IMG/VR virus record: IMGVR_UViG_3300025133_000032
Length of the DNA: 64,000 nucleotides
DNA from: a virus
Reading direction: 5' to 3' (one strand)
In this document: positions 1 through 9,322 of the stretch, piece after piece
Numbering within the stretch: the first letter of the stretch is position 1
Layout of the letters: the number at the start of each line of letters is the position of its first letter
Translations under genes and position numbers: made by a program
Notes under the pieces: model-generated
The model's input: the letters and a program-made list of their open reading frames with translations, nothing else
What the model was told of the DNA's origin: nothing
The model's database searches: none

Positions 1-213
1 CTTGACCATCTCTTTGAACCACCAAGTAAGCTGATCAATCAGTTCTGGTGATATTCCTTGCGTTTTGTTATGAACGATATCGCCTGCTATCATGATGATA
101 TCAGGCTTTGTTACTTTTAGTTCTTCGAATAATTTTTCAAAAACTCTTCTATACTCTTCGTGGCGTTGAAGGCCCCGCCAATGCACGTCACCAATGTGTA
201 CTATGCGACACAT
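1..213 (-). CDS. Metallophosphoesterase, SbcD/Mre11/T4 gp47-like recombination nuclease subunit (5' part only, runs off the window)
   Basis: Not in the ORF track. Manual translation from ATG at 213: MCRIVHIGDVHWRGLQRHEEY...PDIIMIAGDIVHNKT. This carries calcineurin-like motifs DxH and GDxxH; GGGGA lies upstream. Confidence 0.85.
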   Translation of the reverse strand, partial: MCRIVHIGDVHWRGLQRHEEYRRVFEKLFEELKVTKPDIIMIAGDIVHNKTQGISPELIDQLTWWFKEMVK

Positions 214-310
214 AGCTTATCCCCATGTATATCAAGAGCAAATTCTTGTTTAATCATATATGATTATACATGTATATGGTAAATAGTGTTAATCAGGTAA
301 CAGACTCCAG

Positions 311-1930
311 TCAGGCACGTGAGGCGGCCCACTTGACATCTATGTCTTCATCTTTCAAAAGTGCGAACAGAACATCATCTGGTGTGTTTTTATTGAGTCC
401 TACACATGTCTTAACTGAACTATTGGGATCTTTCGCAAGTACCCTTAATATATCAGGTGATATATTGGGGTTATTCGCTAAACCCCACCTAACTCCTGCG
501 GCTTTATCTTTTATAAGAGCTTTTAAGACATCACCCGGCGTGCGGTGGTTCATCGCCACCGCACGCCGGACATTTGCACCTGGGTCTTTTGAAAGTTCTC
601 TTAAAGTCTCAGGGGGCATATTATTGGACGCAGCATTTTGCCTTGTCTGGTGATCGTTATCTTTTGCAAGCTCTTCCAGGGAGTCGGGAGGTGTATTTGG
701 GTTTGATGCTATACCACGTTTAGTCTGTTTATCTTTACTTTTCACAAGTTCTCTCAAAGTATCAACTGGTATATTTGGGTTAAGTAATGTATTGTACCGT
801 GTAGTTTCATCAGGATCTTTCGCAAGCTCTTTTAAGGAATCAACTGGTGTATTTGGGTTTGATGCTGCGCAATGCCTAACCGTTGCATCTTTATCTTTTG
901 CAAGTTCTCTCAAAGTATCAACGTGTACGCTTGTATTATAAGCTACATCTTGTCGAATGCGGACATCTTTGCTTTTTGACATTTTTGAATAGTGGTGGTT
1001 ATTTAAAACAATAATATAATCTTGAACGTCTTTTGTTGGCTTTAAGCCAGCAATATTCTTGAATTGATTTGTAGTTGCGACGAATGCGGGTGGTCTTAAG
1101 CCCTGAGCGAATTTTTTAAATCTTGGAACTGACGTTACTGCTTTCTTGATATCTCTTATTGCTGGGTGGACGTCATCGATTGCACGGCTCATTTCGATAG
1201 CCGCATGTATCTTGGGCCATTCATCACCAAAAGCTTCCTGGAAATCAAACTGTTGATTATTTTGGTTAACAGTCATTTCATTCGGGTGTGATGGTTGTAC
1301 CTCACCGCCGATTGTTCCGATTGACCACTTCTTATTTTCGTCATGTTTATCAAGAACATAATAAAGTGATGTTGTACCTTCTAAAATATAGCTATAAAAT
1401 AGATTCTCGCCCTTTGTTCTTGCAGTGCACCATGTTGTGCCCTTTCCGATTGCACAAGAAGCCTGGATGCTTCTTGGCATCAGAACAATAAAGTTGTCTG
1501 ACTCATAAACTTTGTCAGCATCGCCAGATGCTGCCTTGAAGTCTATCTTAGAGTCATCAGGAAGCTCTTCAAGCTTCCTGTGTAAATCACCGGCCGTTCT
1601 ATAACTATTAATGTCTGCGTCTTTTCCCTTTAGCTTCTGTCTGCTTTTGGCGCCATCAAAAGAAATAATGAGGGGCGAAATGTCTCTTAAAGGTTCTTGA
1701 TTTGAACGTGAAACACGTTCAAGCCACATAAGATATTGTCTTAGTTTGGCTTGAGGTAGAGCTTGAAGTTTTTCTAAAACTTCATCCCACTCTTCTGGAG
1801 ACCTGTTAGATTTTGCTTTGACATCATCAATCGCACCTTCTGAGAGTAATTGTCTGGCTAGGTCTTTTATGCGGGCCTCTACCAGCTGATTTGAAATTAT
1901 TTCCCGGAGTTCTCTAATCGTGATGAGCAT
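311..1930 (-). CDS. Putative virion-packaged protein: N-terminal leader, WCT-motif (PcfJ-like) domain, C-terminal LRV/HEAT-like repeats
   Basis: Contains GKGTTWCTART and about 9 copies of a 24-aa repeat VRxxxAxNPNTPxDxLxxLAKD. Paralog of 2593-4056. Confidence 0.7.
   Translation of the reverse strand: MLITIRELREIISNQLVEARIKDLARQLLSEGAIDDVKAKSNRSPEEWDEVLEKLQALPQAKLRQYLMWLERVSRSNQEPLRDISPLIISFDGAKSRQKLKGKDADINSYRTAGDLHRKLEELPDDSKIDFKAASGDADKVYESDNFIVLMPRSIQASCAIGKGTTWCTARTKGENLFYSYILEGTTSLYYVLDKHDENKKWSIGTIGGEVQPSHPNEMTVNQNNQQFDFQEAFGDEWPKIHAAIEMSRAIDDVHPAIRDIKKAVTSVPRFKKFAQGLRPPAFVATTNQFKNIAGLKPTKDVQDYIIVLNNHHYSKMSKSKDVRIRQDVAYNTSVHVDTLRELAKDKDATVRHCAASNPNTPVDSLKELAKDPDETTRYNTLLNPNIPVDTLRELVKSKDKQTKRGIASNPNTPPDSLEELAKDNDHQTRQNAASNNMPPETLRELSKDPGANVRRAVAMNHRTPGDVLKALIKDKAAGVRWGLANNPNISPDILRVLAKDPNSSVKTCVGLNKNTPDDVLFALLKDEDIDVKWAASRA
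560..930. repeat. ~72-bp coding repeats (LRV/HEAT-like units) with residual DNA identity
   Basis: CAAGTTCTCTCAAAGTATCAAC and GGTGTATTTGGGTTTGATGCT each occur twice; protein period is ~24 aa. Confidence 0.75.
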
Positions 1931-1936
1931 ATACGA

Positions 1937-1943
1937 TAACTAT
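1937..1943 (-). promoter_or_regulatory. Putative late-promoter element ATAGTTA, 6 nt before ATG
   Basis: The same heptamer at the same spacing occurs before 37660; variants occur before 30258 and 32767. Confidence 0.5.
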
Positions 1944-1959
1944 TGCACACACACACGAA

Positions 1960-2535
1960 TTATGCAGGATCACCCAGCCCTAGATTGCAAGCCTCAGCAA
2001 TAACGTAAGCATCAACTTTATCCAAACAATATGGCTGAACTTTCTTATTCCTATTCAGCTCCCAAACTTCATGCTTAAAAACTGAGTTGGAAAGATATTC
2101 AAACGTCTGCTCTTTTTGATTCTTACCTCCAGCTTTCTTCTTTGATAGTAATGGAATACCAATTGCTTTACGTGCCGCTGTTGCGTCTATATAGATTGGG
2201 TCAATTAAAAACAGTTCACGTGCAAAATATGATACCATGATGTTAAATTTTGCAAGCAAAGCAATCGTGTTCGCAGATGACATACCACGTCTGAATTTCT
2301 TTACTGGATCTTCTATCGCTAGTTTCGTTATTGAGAAGTTGTATAAATCAATGTCATACTTTAGAGCTTTTAATGATTCTTTCGTGATGTCAACTTTACC
2401 CCAGAAACCAGATTTAACTTTTCTAAGGTCGATATAACCCATTTTAGCCGGATACGATAGAAGCAGATTCGATTCTTCTAATATAGACCATCCGATTACG
2501 CTTGTGCTAACATCTAACGCCAGTATATAGCTCAT
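1960..2535 (-). CDS. RuvC-like Holliday junction resolvase (RNase H fold)
   Basis: ILALDVSTSVIGW (catalytic D), LAIEDP (E) and C-terminal DKVDAYVIA (DxxD). Confidence 0.85.
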   Translation of the reverse strand: MSYILALDVSTSVIGWSILEESNLLLSYPAKMGYIDLRKVKSGFWGKVDITKESLKALKYDIDLYNFSITKLAIEDPVKKFRRGMSSANTIALLAKFNIMVSYFARELFLIDPIYIDATAARKAIGIPLLSKKKAGGKNQKEQTFEYLSNSVFKHEVWELNRNKKVQPYCLDKVDAYVIAEACNLGLGDPA

Positions 2536-2540
2536 GCATA

Positions 2541-2570
2541 ATAATACACATAGGTTTGCTGGATGGTAAA
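2541..2570 (-). promoter_or_regulatory. Sigma70-like promoter (TTTACC-N18-TATTAT with TG extension), 5 nt before the resolvase ATG
   Basis: Minus strand reads TTTACCatccagcaaacctatgtgTATTATtatgcATG. Confidence 0.55.
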
Positions 2571-2592
2571 TTACCTGTGTATGTCTTTGCTG

Positions 2593-4056
2593 CTAATAAT
2601 TATTGTCTGCAGCAAATTTCACAGAATCATTTTTATCTTTTCTAAGCATAACAACAATTTCATCTGGTGTCGAGAGATTTTCGGCGACGTTGCGCCTGAC
2701 ACCTGCGTTACTACTCTTTGCTAAAATTTCGTAAATGTCAAATCCGAGGGCCGGTCGGCGTGATAGTGCGGAGGTAACAAATGGAATATCATTTGTCGCA
2801 AGTATCTTAAAAACTTCATGCGAAGCATTTTTATTATTTAAGACAGCATACTGGATCGATTGGTTGGGACGTTTGGCAAGCATGGTGATTGTTTTCGGAT
2901 CTGTAACAGTCATTGCAGCTTGAGCTAGAAGATCTTTATCATCGCCGTCTATAAATGTCATTAATACTTGCTCGGGTGTCGAAGGGTTACGAGCAACGCC
3001 GCGACGCACAAACCAGTTATCATCAGAAGCCAATGTAGCAAGAAGCTCTGGAGGTGTGCGAGAACTATGAGATGCTTCTTCTCGCACACCCTCATTTTCG
3101 CTTGTTGTCATCTTTGTTAAAGCCGGTATTATAATTTCGTTGGTATAATCACTAACTTCACCAGATAATTTATTACCTGCTGATTCTAATGAACTCAATA
3201 AAGCTAAAATTGCTGGGACTCGCATGCCTTTAACGAGCTTTTTAAATCTTGAGACTGACGTTACTGCTTTCTTGATATCTTTTATTGCTGGGTGCTCTTT
3301 TACTTTTTTTGAATGCAGTGTAATAGCATTTATAATGTCTTCTTCTTCTTCTTCGAACTCAAAACTAAAATCAAAATCATCGTTATCTTCGTCAACTGTT
3401 ACAGAACCATACTCAGGCTCTTGTACTTCGCCATTGACTGCCCCAATTGACCACTTTCTTTTTTTATCATGCTTGTCAAGAACATAATAAAGAATGACGC
3501 CATCATTTATTATGTAATTGTAAAATAAGTTCTCACCTTTGGTCCTTGCTGTGCACCATGCCGTGCCGCGCCCAAGCGCGCACGAAGCATCAAGGCTTCG
3601 GGGCATCAAAACAACAAAATTGTCTGATTCATAAACTTTGTCAGCATCGCCAGATGCTGCCTTGAAATCTATCTTAGAATCATCAGGAAGCTCTTCAAGC
3701 TTCCGATGAAGATCCCCAGGGGTCTTATAGGCGTTAATATCTGTGTCTTTTCCCTTTAACTTCTGCCTGCTTTTAGCTTTGTCGAAAGAAATGATTAAAG
3801 GTGAAATATCTCTTAGGGGCTCTTGATTTGAACGTGAAACACGTTCAAGCCACGTGAGGTATTGTTTTAGTTTAGCTTGGGGGAGGATTTGAAGTTTCTC
3901 GAAAACTTCATCCCATTCTTCAGAATGTCTATCAGATCTTGCTTTAATGTCATCAATGGTGCCTTCTGTAAGAAGGCAATTTATTAGCTCTTTCAAGCTA
4001 GTTTCTACCAGCTGATTTGAAATTGCTTCCCGAAGTTCTCTAATCGTGATGAGCAT
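2593..4056 (-). CDS. Paralog of 311-1930: leader, WCT-motif domain, divergent LRV/HEAT-like repeats
   Basis: N-terminal ~200 aa nearly identical to 311-1930 (MLITIRELRE..., GRGTAWCTART). The C-terminus has VRRGVARNPSTP and VRRNVAENLSTP repeats. Confidence 0.7.
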   Translation of the reverse strand: MLITIRELREAISNQLVETSLKELINCLLTEGTIDDIKARSDRHSEEWDEVFEKLQILPQAKLKQYLTWLERVSRSNQEPLRDISPLIISFDKAKSRQKLKGKDTDINAYKTPGDLHRKLEELPDDSKIDFKAASGDADKVYESDNFVVLMPRSLDASCALGRGTAWCTARTKGENLFYNYIINDGVILYYVLDKHDKKRKWSIGAVNGEVQEPEYGSVTVDEDNDDFDFSFEFEEEEEDIINAITLHSKKVKEHPAIKDIKKAVTSVSRFKKLVKGMRVPAILALLSSLESAGNKLSGEVSDYTNEIIIPALTKMTTSENEGVREEASHSSRTPPELLATLASDDNWFVRRGVARNPSTPEQVLMTFIDGDDKDLLAQAAMTVTDPKTITMLAKRPNQSIQYAVLNNKNASHEVFKILATNDIPFVTSALSRRPALGFDIYEILAKSSNAGVRRNVAENLSTPDEIVVMLRKDKNDSVKFAADNNY

Positions 4057-4168
4057 GTAGTATTATATATTGACGTTACATCGTAAATCATTGAATTTTA
4101 TGCCTTAGTACCCAATACATATGAGGTTAAAGTTAACTAGATGATGATACATGAACACTGGTGAAACA

Positions 4169-4742
4169 TCAGGATATATACCCCAGCCCGCCTAAAAATT
4201 TATTAACCTCACCCTGTGACATTTCTCCAAGATCGCCAAATTCTTCTGGGATTGTATGAGCTTTGTTACCATATTTTGCTAGCTTTGCTCCAGCTTTGCC
4301 CTTATCCAATATAGCAATCAATGGTCGGTTCAAGGCCATAAAAAATGATTTTAAGTAGTGGGGATCGTTAGATAACACAGCGATACAAGGGAACCCAGCA
4401 TTTAAGATTTTGATCGCATCAAAAATACCTTCAGTTATGAATATTGTAGCAGTAGACAGCTCAAGATACTCAAGACCCCAAACAAGAAGCTTTTTCTTGC
4501 CTTTTCTACGGAGTGGATCACCTTCCAAACCGGCATACGTAAAGTATTTTAGTTCACTCTTGCAAGTTACGCCTTCTATGTGTAATGATTTTGCTCGTGC
4601 TGGATTATATTGTTGGTAACCTGCAAGTTGTCCTGACATGTTCCAGATCGGAAACGTCGCTATACCCTCTATCTCATTCAAATACACATTAATAGATGTT
4701 GTGTCAACCCCCCCTGCTGAGGAGGTGATCTCTTATGCTCAC
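4169..4742 (-). pseudogene. Toprim-domain (DnaG primase-like) protein, frameshifted in a G7 tract; the track ORF 4169-4687 is the 3' part
   Basis: Toprim motif IFITEGIFDAI is present. GTG at 4742 follows GAGGAAG and gives MSIRDHLLSRG, which joins VDTTSINVYLNE only if G7 (4708-4714) is G6. Confidence 0.65.
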
Positions 4743-4795
4743 AATTTCTTCCTCACGTTGATATGACATATCATCATTGTATCACGAGTTATAAC

Positions 4796-5227
4796 TTATT
4801 GCAACAATTCTGGTGCATGATATTTTTTGGTGTAAGTATTTTTTAGAGCTTCAAAGTCATTCTTTAATAAAAGATATAAGCGATATTCAGTACAAGAATA
4901 TTCTATGTCATGTAAATAATAATAAGCATCCATGATGTAGCAATCCTTGCTCAAGACAACTTCAGCAGGACCATCTTCTCTATGGAGATTGCCGCTTCTT
5001 CTATATATTAGAAATTGTAAAGATCCATCATCGTGGTACTTGATATATGATGGCCCATGCATACGATGTAATACACCATCCATGAAATACAATAAAGCCT
5101 CTACATTTCCCGTTAAGGAAAAGCACTCAGTGACAGATGCTGCTCCAATGGCCCAGTTCCTGCGATACTTATCAGTGCTATCGCTAACCACATTTTTATG
5201 CGATTTAATCTCACAATAATAAACCAT
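4796..5227 (-). CDS. LHRxDGPA-repeat (MORN/YwqK-like) hypothetical protein
   Basis: GVLHRMHGPS and GNLHREDGPA repeats, typical of jumbo phages and giant viruses. Confidence 0.7.
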   Translation of the reverse strand: MVYYCEIKSHKNVVSDSTDKYRRNWAIGAASVTECFSLTGNVEALLYFMDGVLHRMHGPSYIKYHDDGSLQFLIYRRSGNLHREDGPAEVVLSKDCYIMDAYYYLHDIEYSCTEYRLYLLLKNDFEALKNTYTKKYHAPELLQ

Positions 5228-5259
5228 ATTATTATAACGCGGGCTATAACTTATTACAA

Positions 5260-7650
5260 CTAAAAATCGACCTTCGTTCTAAATAACAATTTATCACTAT
5301 CTCGTTTTATTATAGGCTGAGCGAAGCGCGTCTTCATGATGACATTTAAGTTATCATCATGAAAATTAAGACCAGTGATGTATACAAATTTTGCATCAGT
5401 TTCATGAGCTAAATTAGATGCTGAAACTGGTATATATGATGGATTTGATGATGAATTAAATTCGCCTGCCCTTGCTGGAACGTGAATTCTCATCATGTGA
5501 ATGTTTTGCTCACCAGCTAAACTGATTTCGTATTTATCTTTCCCAAAAAATGGAATATTCGGCGTCTTGACAACAGCTAAGCCCTCATTGTAGAAAATAT
5601 TTCCGATGTTATTCCATGTTGCATGTTTTGTCTTTGAATCTGCCCTATACAACCCGCCATTAGAATTATCGCGTATCGTTATAGAAACTTTCCCATTTGT
5701 GCCAGTTATATTTGAATCAGTCGCTATGAATGTTCCAGGGTCAATCTTATTGCCATATAAGATATTACTGATGTCAAAGAATACAACTTCATTCGATGAA
5801 TTATCTCGTGTTCTTTGGTATACAGTATGAACAGCTCCAGGTGCAATGCCTACAGCCTCTGGGTTCGCGCCGGCCATCGTTTCAAAAAATGAACCTGAGT
5901 CAAAAATTAAACCATCGAATAACGTTGATGTTGGGATCATATTATTTAGTGTTATTAAACTATAATCCAAGTTCCCAAGATCATTTACATATTTATCATG
6001 AGCGCAACCTGATTGTGGGCATACATCACTTGCTCCTGATGCAAGCAAGCTAAAATCAGGAATGAATAAGCCATTGTCGTTAGGTAGCACAGTGACATTT
6101 CTTTTCCTCAACGAGCCTGTAGCGTATGTAAACTGGTTTGCGCTTAATGCCTGTGTGGGACCAGTTATCTGTGTACCAGAGAGGTTAAGAAGGCGTGGAA
6201 AGTTGCTTGTGATTAAGTCTTTTGTAAAATTTTCTAGATTTAGCAGATGACCTGCAAGCCCAAAAGAGTACGCAGTATTAAAGGGTGTATCCGTCGTACC
6301 AGAAATCGCTATAAAGGGAGTTTGTAGTATACCTCCCCTTACCGCACCAGCTACGCTTGTCCCTTGTGGGCTTCTCGTTGGTGAGCCTTTTGTAAAAAAT
6401 GGGGGAACATAAAAAATGATACTCCCAGTTTCAGTTGAACCAGTATGGGCAGAATATTGCAGTTGTTCGCTAGTTCTGTATGTGTTATGTATCTTTAGCT
6501 CATGAACTTCGGCGTTTAGTGGGTGCGAAAATGTATATGCCTGTGGACCATCAGTTGCCGCGTTTCCGTTATCGATTAGCTGGACCAGCCCTTCGCGCTT
6601 TCGTATATTTTGATTAAAGAATAATGCTTGATTGCTGTTTCCAGAGTTGTTTCCTTCATAAAAATTGCCAACGCACAAAACGTCTGGATTACCAGCAGAA
6701 AATGGTGCTGGAGCAATAGTAGCAGAAGGAAATACAAATGTACCTTTCTCTAAGCCATCTATAACAAATGAACCTGTTCTGCTATTTGTATTTTCTGCCC
6801 ATCTAATACCAACATGATGCCAATGATTTCTTTTAAGCGAATGCTCATCAGATAAATATGTCTGATCAGGAAGTGCTGAGAGATCTATTGATGAGGGAGA
6901 TGTATCTGCGCCACCTGATACTTGTAGCAGTATTCTATAGCTTGATACACGGTTTGTTGAGTCGCGTCCAGAGCCTGATACTATTGATACTGCATAACTA
7001 GAAGACAGGTGAAATAATGTGCCTGCTGGGTATTCATCAAACTGCTTGTCCGTCGTATATCTTGGATTTATATAGAACTCGAATGTGAATGCACCATCCA
7101 ACATATAAGAACCTGATGCAGCGCTGTTAGAGCTAGCAGACGAAGAGTTTGGGTATAATAACACAGAGTCAGTCGGGACAGATGATGCAGTAAAGAAATT
7201 TAGTGTATGATAATTTGTGTATGCCCAATGTGATGAAGGCTGGATATCCCTATAATATGGAAACAGTAAATTCTTTACTATATTTTTCTTACCAGTATCA
7301 GAAGTGAACTTCGTAGAAGGTTCAAATCTAGTAATCTGGCGGGTCGTCTGCTTCGCTATAGAGCGTACACTTGCGTTTACAGAACTAAGGTATGCTGCCA
7401 TTTCACTTGAGATGTCAGATGTACCTTTATTTACCGCTGTGGCAAGAATTTGTTCTATATTATTGTCATTAAACACACTTCCAGAAAATGTTGAAAGTGT
7501 GTTTAACTCTTTTTCTATTTTTGAACTTCGAGCAAAAAGTGAAACTGATCCAGTTACACCATCAGTCGACGATGATATAAACGTTCTACGAGGGTTCGTT
7601 TGCAACGTAAATTGTTCAACATCGTCCTTTCCGACGTATTGAATAGCCAT
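5260..7650 (-). CDS. Virion structural protein with LamG/concanavalin-like domain and DUF3751-like C-terminus
   Basis: FTFEFYINP...WHHVGIRW...FVIDG...HELKIHN is LamG-like. The C-terminal FNSSSNPSY...ITGLNFHDDN...QPIIKR...VDF is shared with 8090-9316. Confidence 0.7.
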   Translation of the reverse strand: MAIQYVGKDDVEQFTLQTNPRRTFISSSTDGVTGSVSLFARSSKIEKELNTLSTFSGSVFNDNNIEQILATAVNKGTSDISSEMAAYLSSVNASVRSIAKQTTRQITRFEPSTKFTSDTGKKNIVKNLLFPYYRDIQPSSHWAYTNYHTLNFFTASSVPTDSVLLYPNSSSASSNSAASGSYMLDGAFTFEFYINPRYTTDKQFDEYPAGTLFHLSSSYAVSIVSGSGRDSTNRVSSYRILLQVSGGADTSPSSIDLSALPDQTYLSDEHSLKRNHWHHVGIRWAENTNSRTGSFVIDGLEKGTFVFPSATIAPAPFSAGNPDVLCVGNFYEGNNSGNSNQALFFNQNIRKREGLVQLIDNGNAATDGPQAYTFSHPLNAEVHELKIHNTYRTSEQLQYSAHTGSTETGSIIFYVPPFFTKGSPTRSPQGTSVAGAVRGGILQTPFIAISGTTDTPFNTAYSFGLAGHLLNLENFTKDLITSNFPRLLNLSGTQITGPTQALSANQFTYATGSLRKRNVTVLPNDNGLFIPDFSLLASGASDVCPQSGCAHDKYVNDLGNLDYSLITLNNMIPTSTLFDGLIFDSGSFFETMAGANPEAVGIAPGAVHTVYQRTRDNSSNEVVFFDISNILYGNKIDPGTFIATDSNITGTNGKVSITIRDNSNGGLYRADSKTKHATWNNIGNIFYNEGLAVVKTPNIPFFGKDKYEISLAGEQNIHMMRIHVPARAGEFNSSSNPSYIPVSASNLAHETDAKFVYITGLNFHDDNLNVIMKTRFAQPIIKRDSDKLLFRTKVDF

Positions 7651-7669
7651 TTTTTACTCCAGTGTTGTA

Positions 7670-8080
7670 TTAATCAGTTAAACCTGAGCCAGTCAACGCA
7701 GCCATATGTTTACTAGGGATTACTGTAAGTTCAGCAGCAACTTCAAATACTGCATTTGCCGAGCCATCGGCAAGTGATACCCACATCTGTTTTGCCATAA
7801 CCTTAAACGTCGAAGAATTACTTGCTGAGGGTATTGTCGCGTAGTGCAATCCCGCCTCAACTCGTCCTGACGTCAGATCATTAAAATGAACTCTGATTGC
7901 TTGATCAGATTTGTTAGTTACCCTGATCTCTTTCGTTACATAGGGAAAATCTAATCTTTGTTGGGCGTTGTTGTTGCCAAAACTTGCTGCTAGTAGTGTC
8001 GAGCCTGTCATGTATGGAACTCCAGTAACCTGGTGAGAACCAACATTAAACAGACCCGCTGAGTGCCAATTAAGTGTCAT
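7670..8080 (-). CDS. Small beta-rich putative virion protein
   Basis: Lies in the structural operon; N-terminal GLFNVGSHQVTGVP; GGA upstream. Confidence 0.5.
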   Translation of the reverse strand: MTLNWHSAGLFNVGSHQVTGVPYMTGSTLLAASFGNNNAQQRLDFPYVTKEIRVTNKSDQAIRVHFNDLTSGRVEAGLHYATIPSASNSSTFKVMAKQMWVSLADGSANAVFEVAAELTVIPSKHMAALTGSGLTD

Positions 8081-8089
8081 ACTTTTTCC

Positions 8090-9316
8090 TTAAAAATCCA
8101 ATCTGATGCGAAGAGAAAGATCCTTCTCGTCGTTTTTTTCAACTGGGCGTGACAGCTTTGCTACAGCAAGCATATTGCTATTTGCATCATAAAGCCCAAC
8201 AGATGTTATAAATGTAAATGAACGTTGCGTTTCTTCTTGCCCAACATCAATAACTGTAATCTTGTTATCAGAATCAACGAATGATGTATTCGATGAATAA
8301 TTAAACTCATCTGCCGATGCTCTAGCAAAGTACAACGTCGAATTAATGTTTGTCAAATTCTGGAATGCCATAGCAGTTTCAGAGCCAGAACTAAATCGTG
8401 TAGAGCAAAAGTGATCGATGATGTTATCAACAGAACCTGATGTTAGAAAGTCCGGAATAAATTTTGCCCGAGGATTGCCGCCCTTGGGCCCACCAATAAC
8501 AGTCTGTCCAGCTTGAGGCACAGCACCTGCACCATTCAACGCAGAAATAGCACCTGTTACTAATTGTGATGATGATATAATTTTTGCGAGGTCAAGTACA
8601 ACCACACCTTGGTCATTAAACATCAACCCAACTGTTCTTGAGGTATCAGATGAATCTACGATGTTTGATACCTGACCGCCGAAAGTTACTTCTTTCGTTA
8701 TTGCCGCACCTGTATCTGTGAAAATAACTGAGCCTGATTCTGACGTCGTCGCTAAATTAGGTGTCGTCGGTTGTGATGCACCAAGAGGAGCATAAGCAGC
8801 AGATTGAAAGAACTTCATTGCGAAGGTTTCTCTCTTTATCTGATCGCGATGAAATAAGCGTTTGTAGCATATAAAGAGAGCGTCATCTAGTTGATCAGAC
8901 GTTGACATAGAATTTAGTGGCGCAACGAATTGTGCTGTAGATTCTCCTAAAAGGTTCTGCGCAAATTGTTTATAAACACTAACTTTTTCTCTCATCATTA
9001 AAGATGTAGATGGGAACAGCAGCTTACCAGCTGAATCTTCGCCAGTTTTAGCATCTTGAACTGTAGAACCAGAGTAAAACAAGCCAACCGTCATGTCAAA
9101 AATCGGGTTTGCTGTTTGAAGTGTAAAGTCTTGATCATAGACAGTCTGAAAGAGTGATGATGTGACCCCGGGCCCCACACCTCCCGTGACAAAAACTTGA
9201 TGTCTTTGACGTGTTGTAGAACCTGATATATCTTCTTGCGTAATATCAACTAACTGGTTAAGAAAATTCTTAACTGTTTTAACGTCTGACTGCTTTAATT
9301 CTTTAAATACTGACAT
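8090..9316 (-). CDS. Baseplate/tail structural protein with DUF3751-like C-terminal half
   Basis: FNYSSNTSF...FITSVGLYDANSNMLAVAKLSRPVEK...IRLDF. Confidence 0.65.
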   Translation of the reverse strand: MSVFKELKQSDVKTVKNFLNQLVDITQEDISGSTTRQRHQVFVTGGVGPGVTSSLFQTVYDQDFTLQTANPIFDMTVGLFYSGSTVQDAKTGEDSAGKLLFPSTSLMMREKVSVYKQFAQNLLGESTAQFVAPLNSMSTSDQLDDALFICYKRLFHRDQIKRETFAMKFFQSAAYAPLGASQPTTPNLATTSESGSVIFTDTGAAITKEVTFGGQVSNIVDSSDTSRTVGLMFNDQGVVVLDLAKIISSSQLVTGAISALNGAGAVPQAGQTVIGGPKGGNPRAKFIPDFLTSGSVDNIIDHFCSTRFSSGSETAMAFQNLTNINSTLYFARASADEFNYSSNTSFVDSDNKITVIDVGQEETQRSFTFITSVGLYDANSNMLAVAKLSRPVEKNDEKDLSLRIRLDF

Positions 9317-9322
9317 TTTTTA

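Noticed and set aside
1946-1956. (CA)5 microsatellite upstream of the ATAGTTA element
   Set aside because: Too short to claim a function; it lies upstream of a -10-only motif where spacing should not matter.
311-4056. Diversity-generating retroelement or transposon flanked by direct repeats around the RuvC-like gene
   Set aside because: No reverse transcriptase and no adenine-specific variation. The flanking similarity is paralogous coding sequence, and the 191-aa RuvC lacks TnpB zinc-finger/REC parts.
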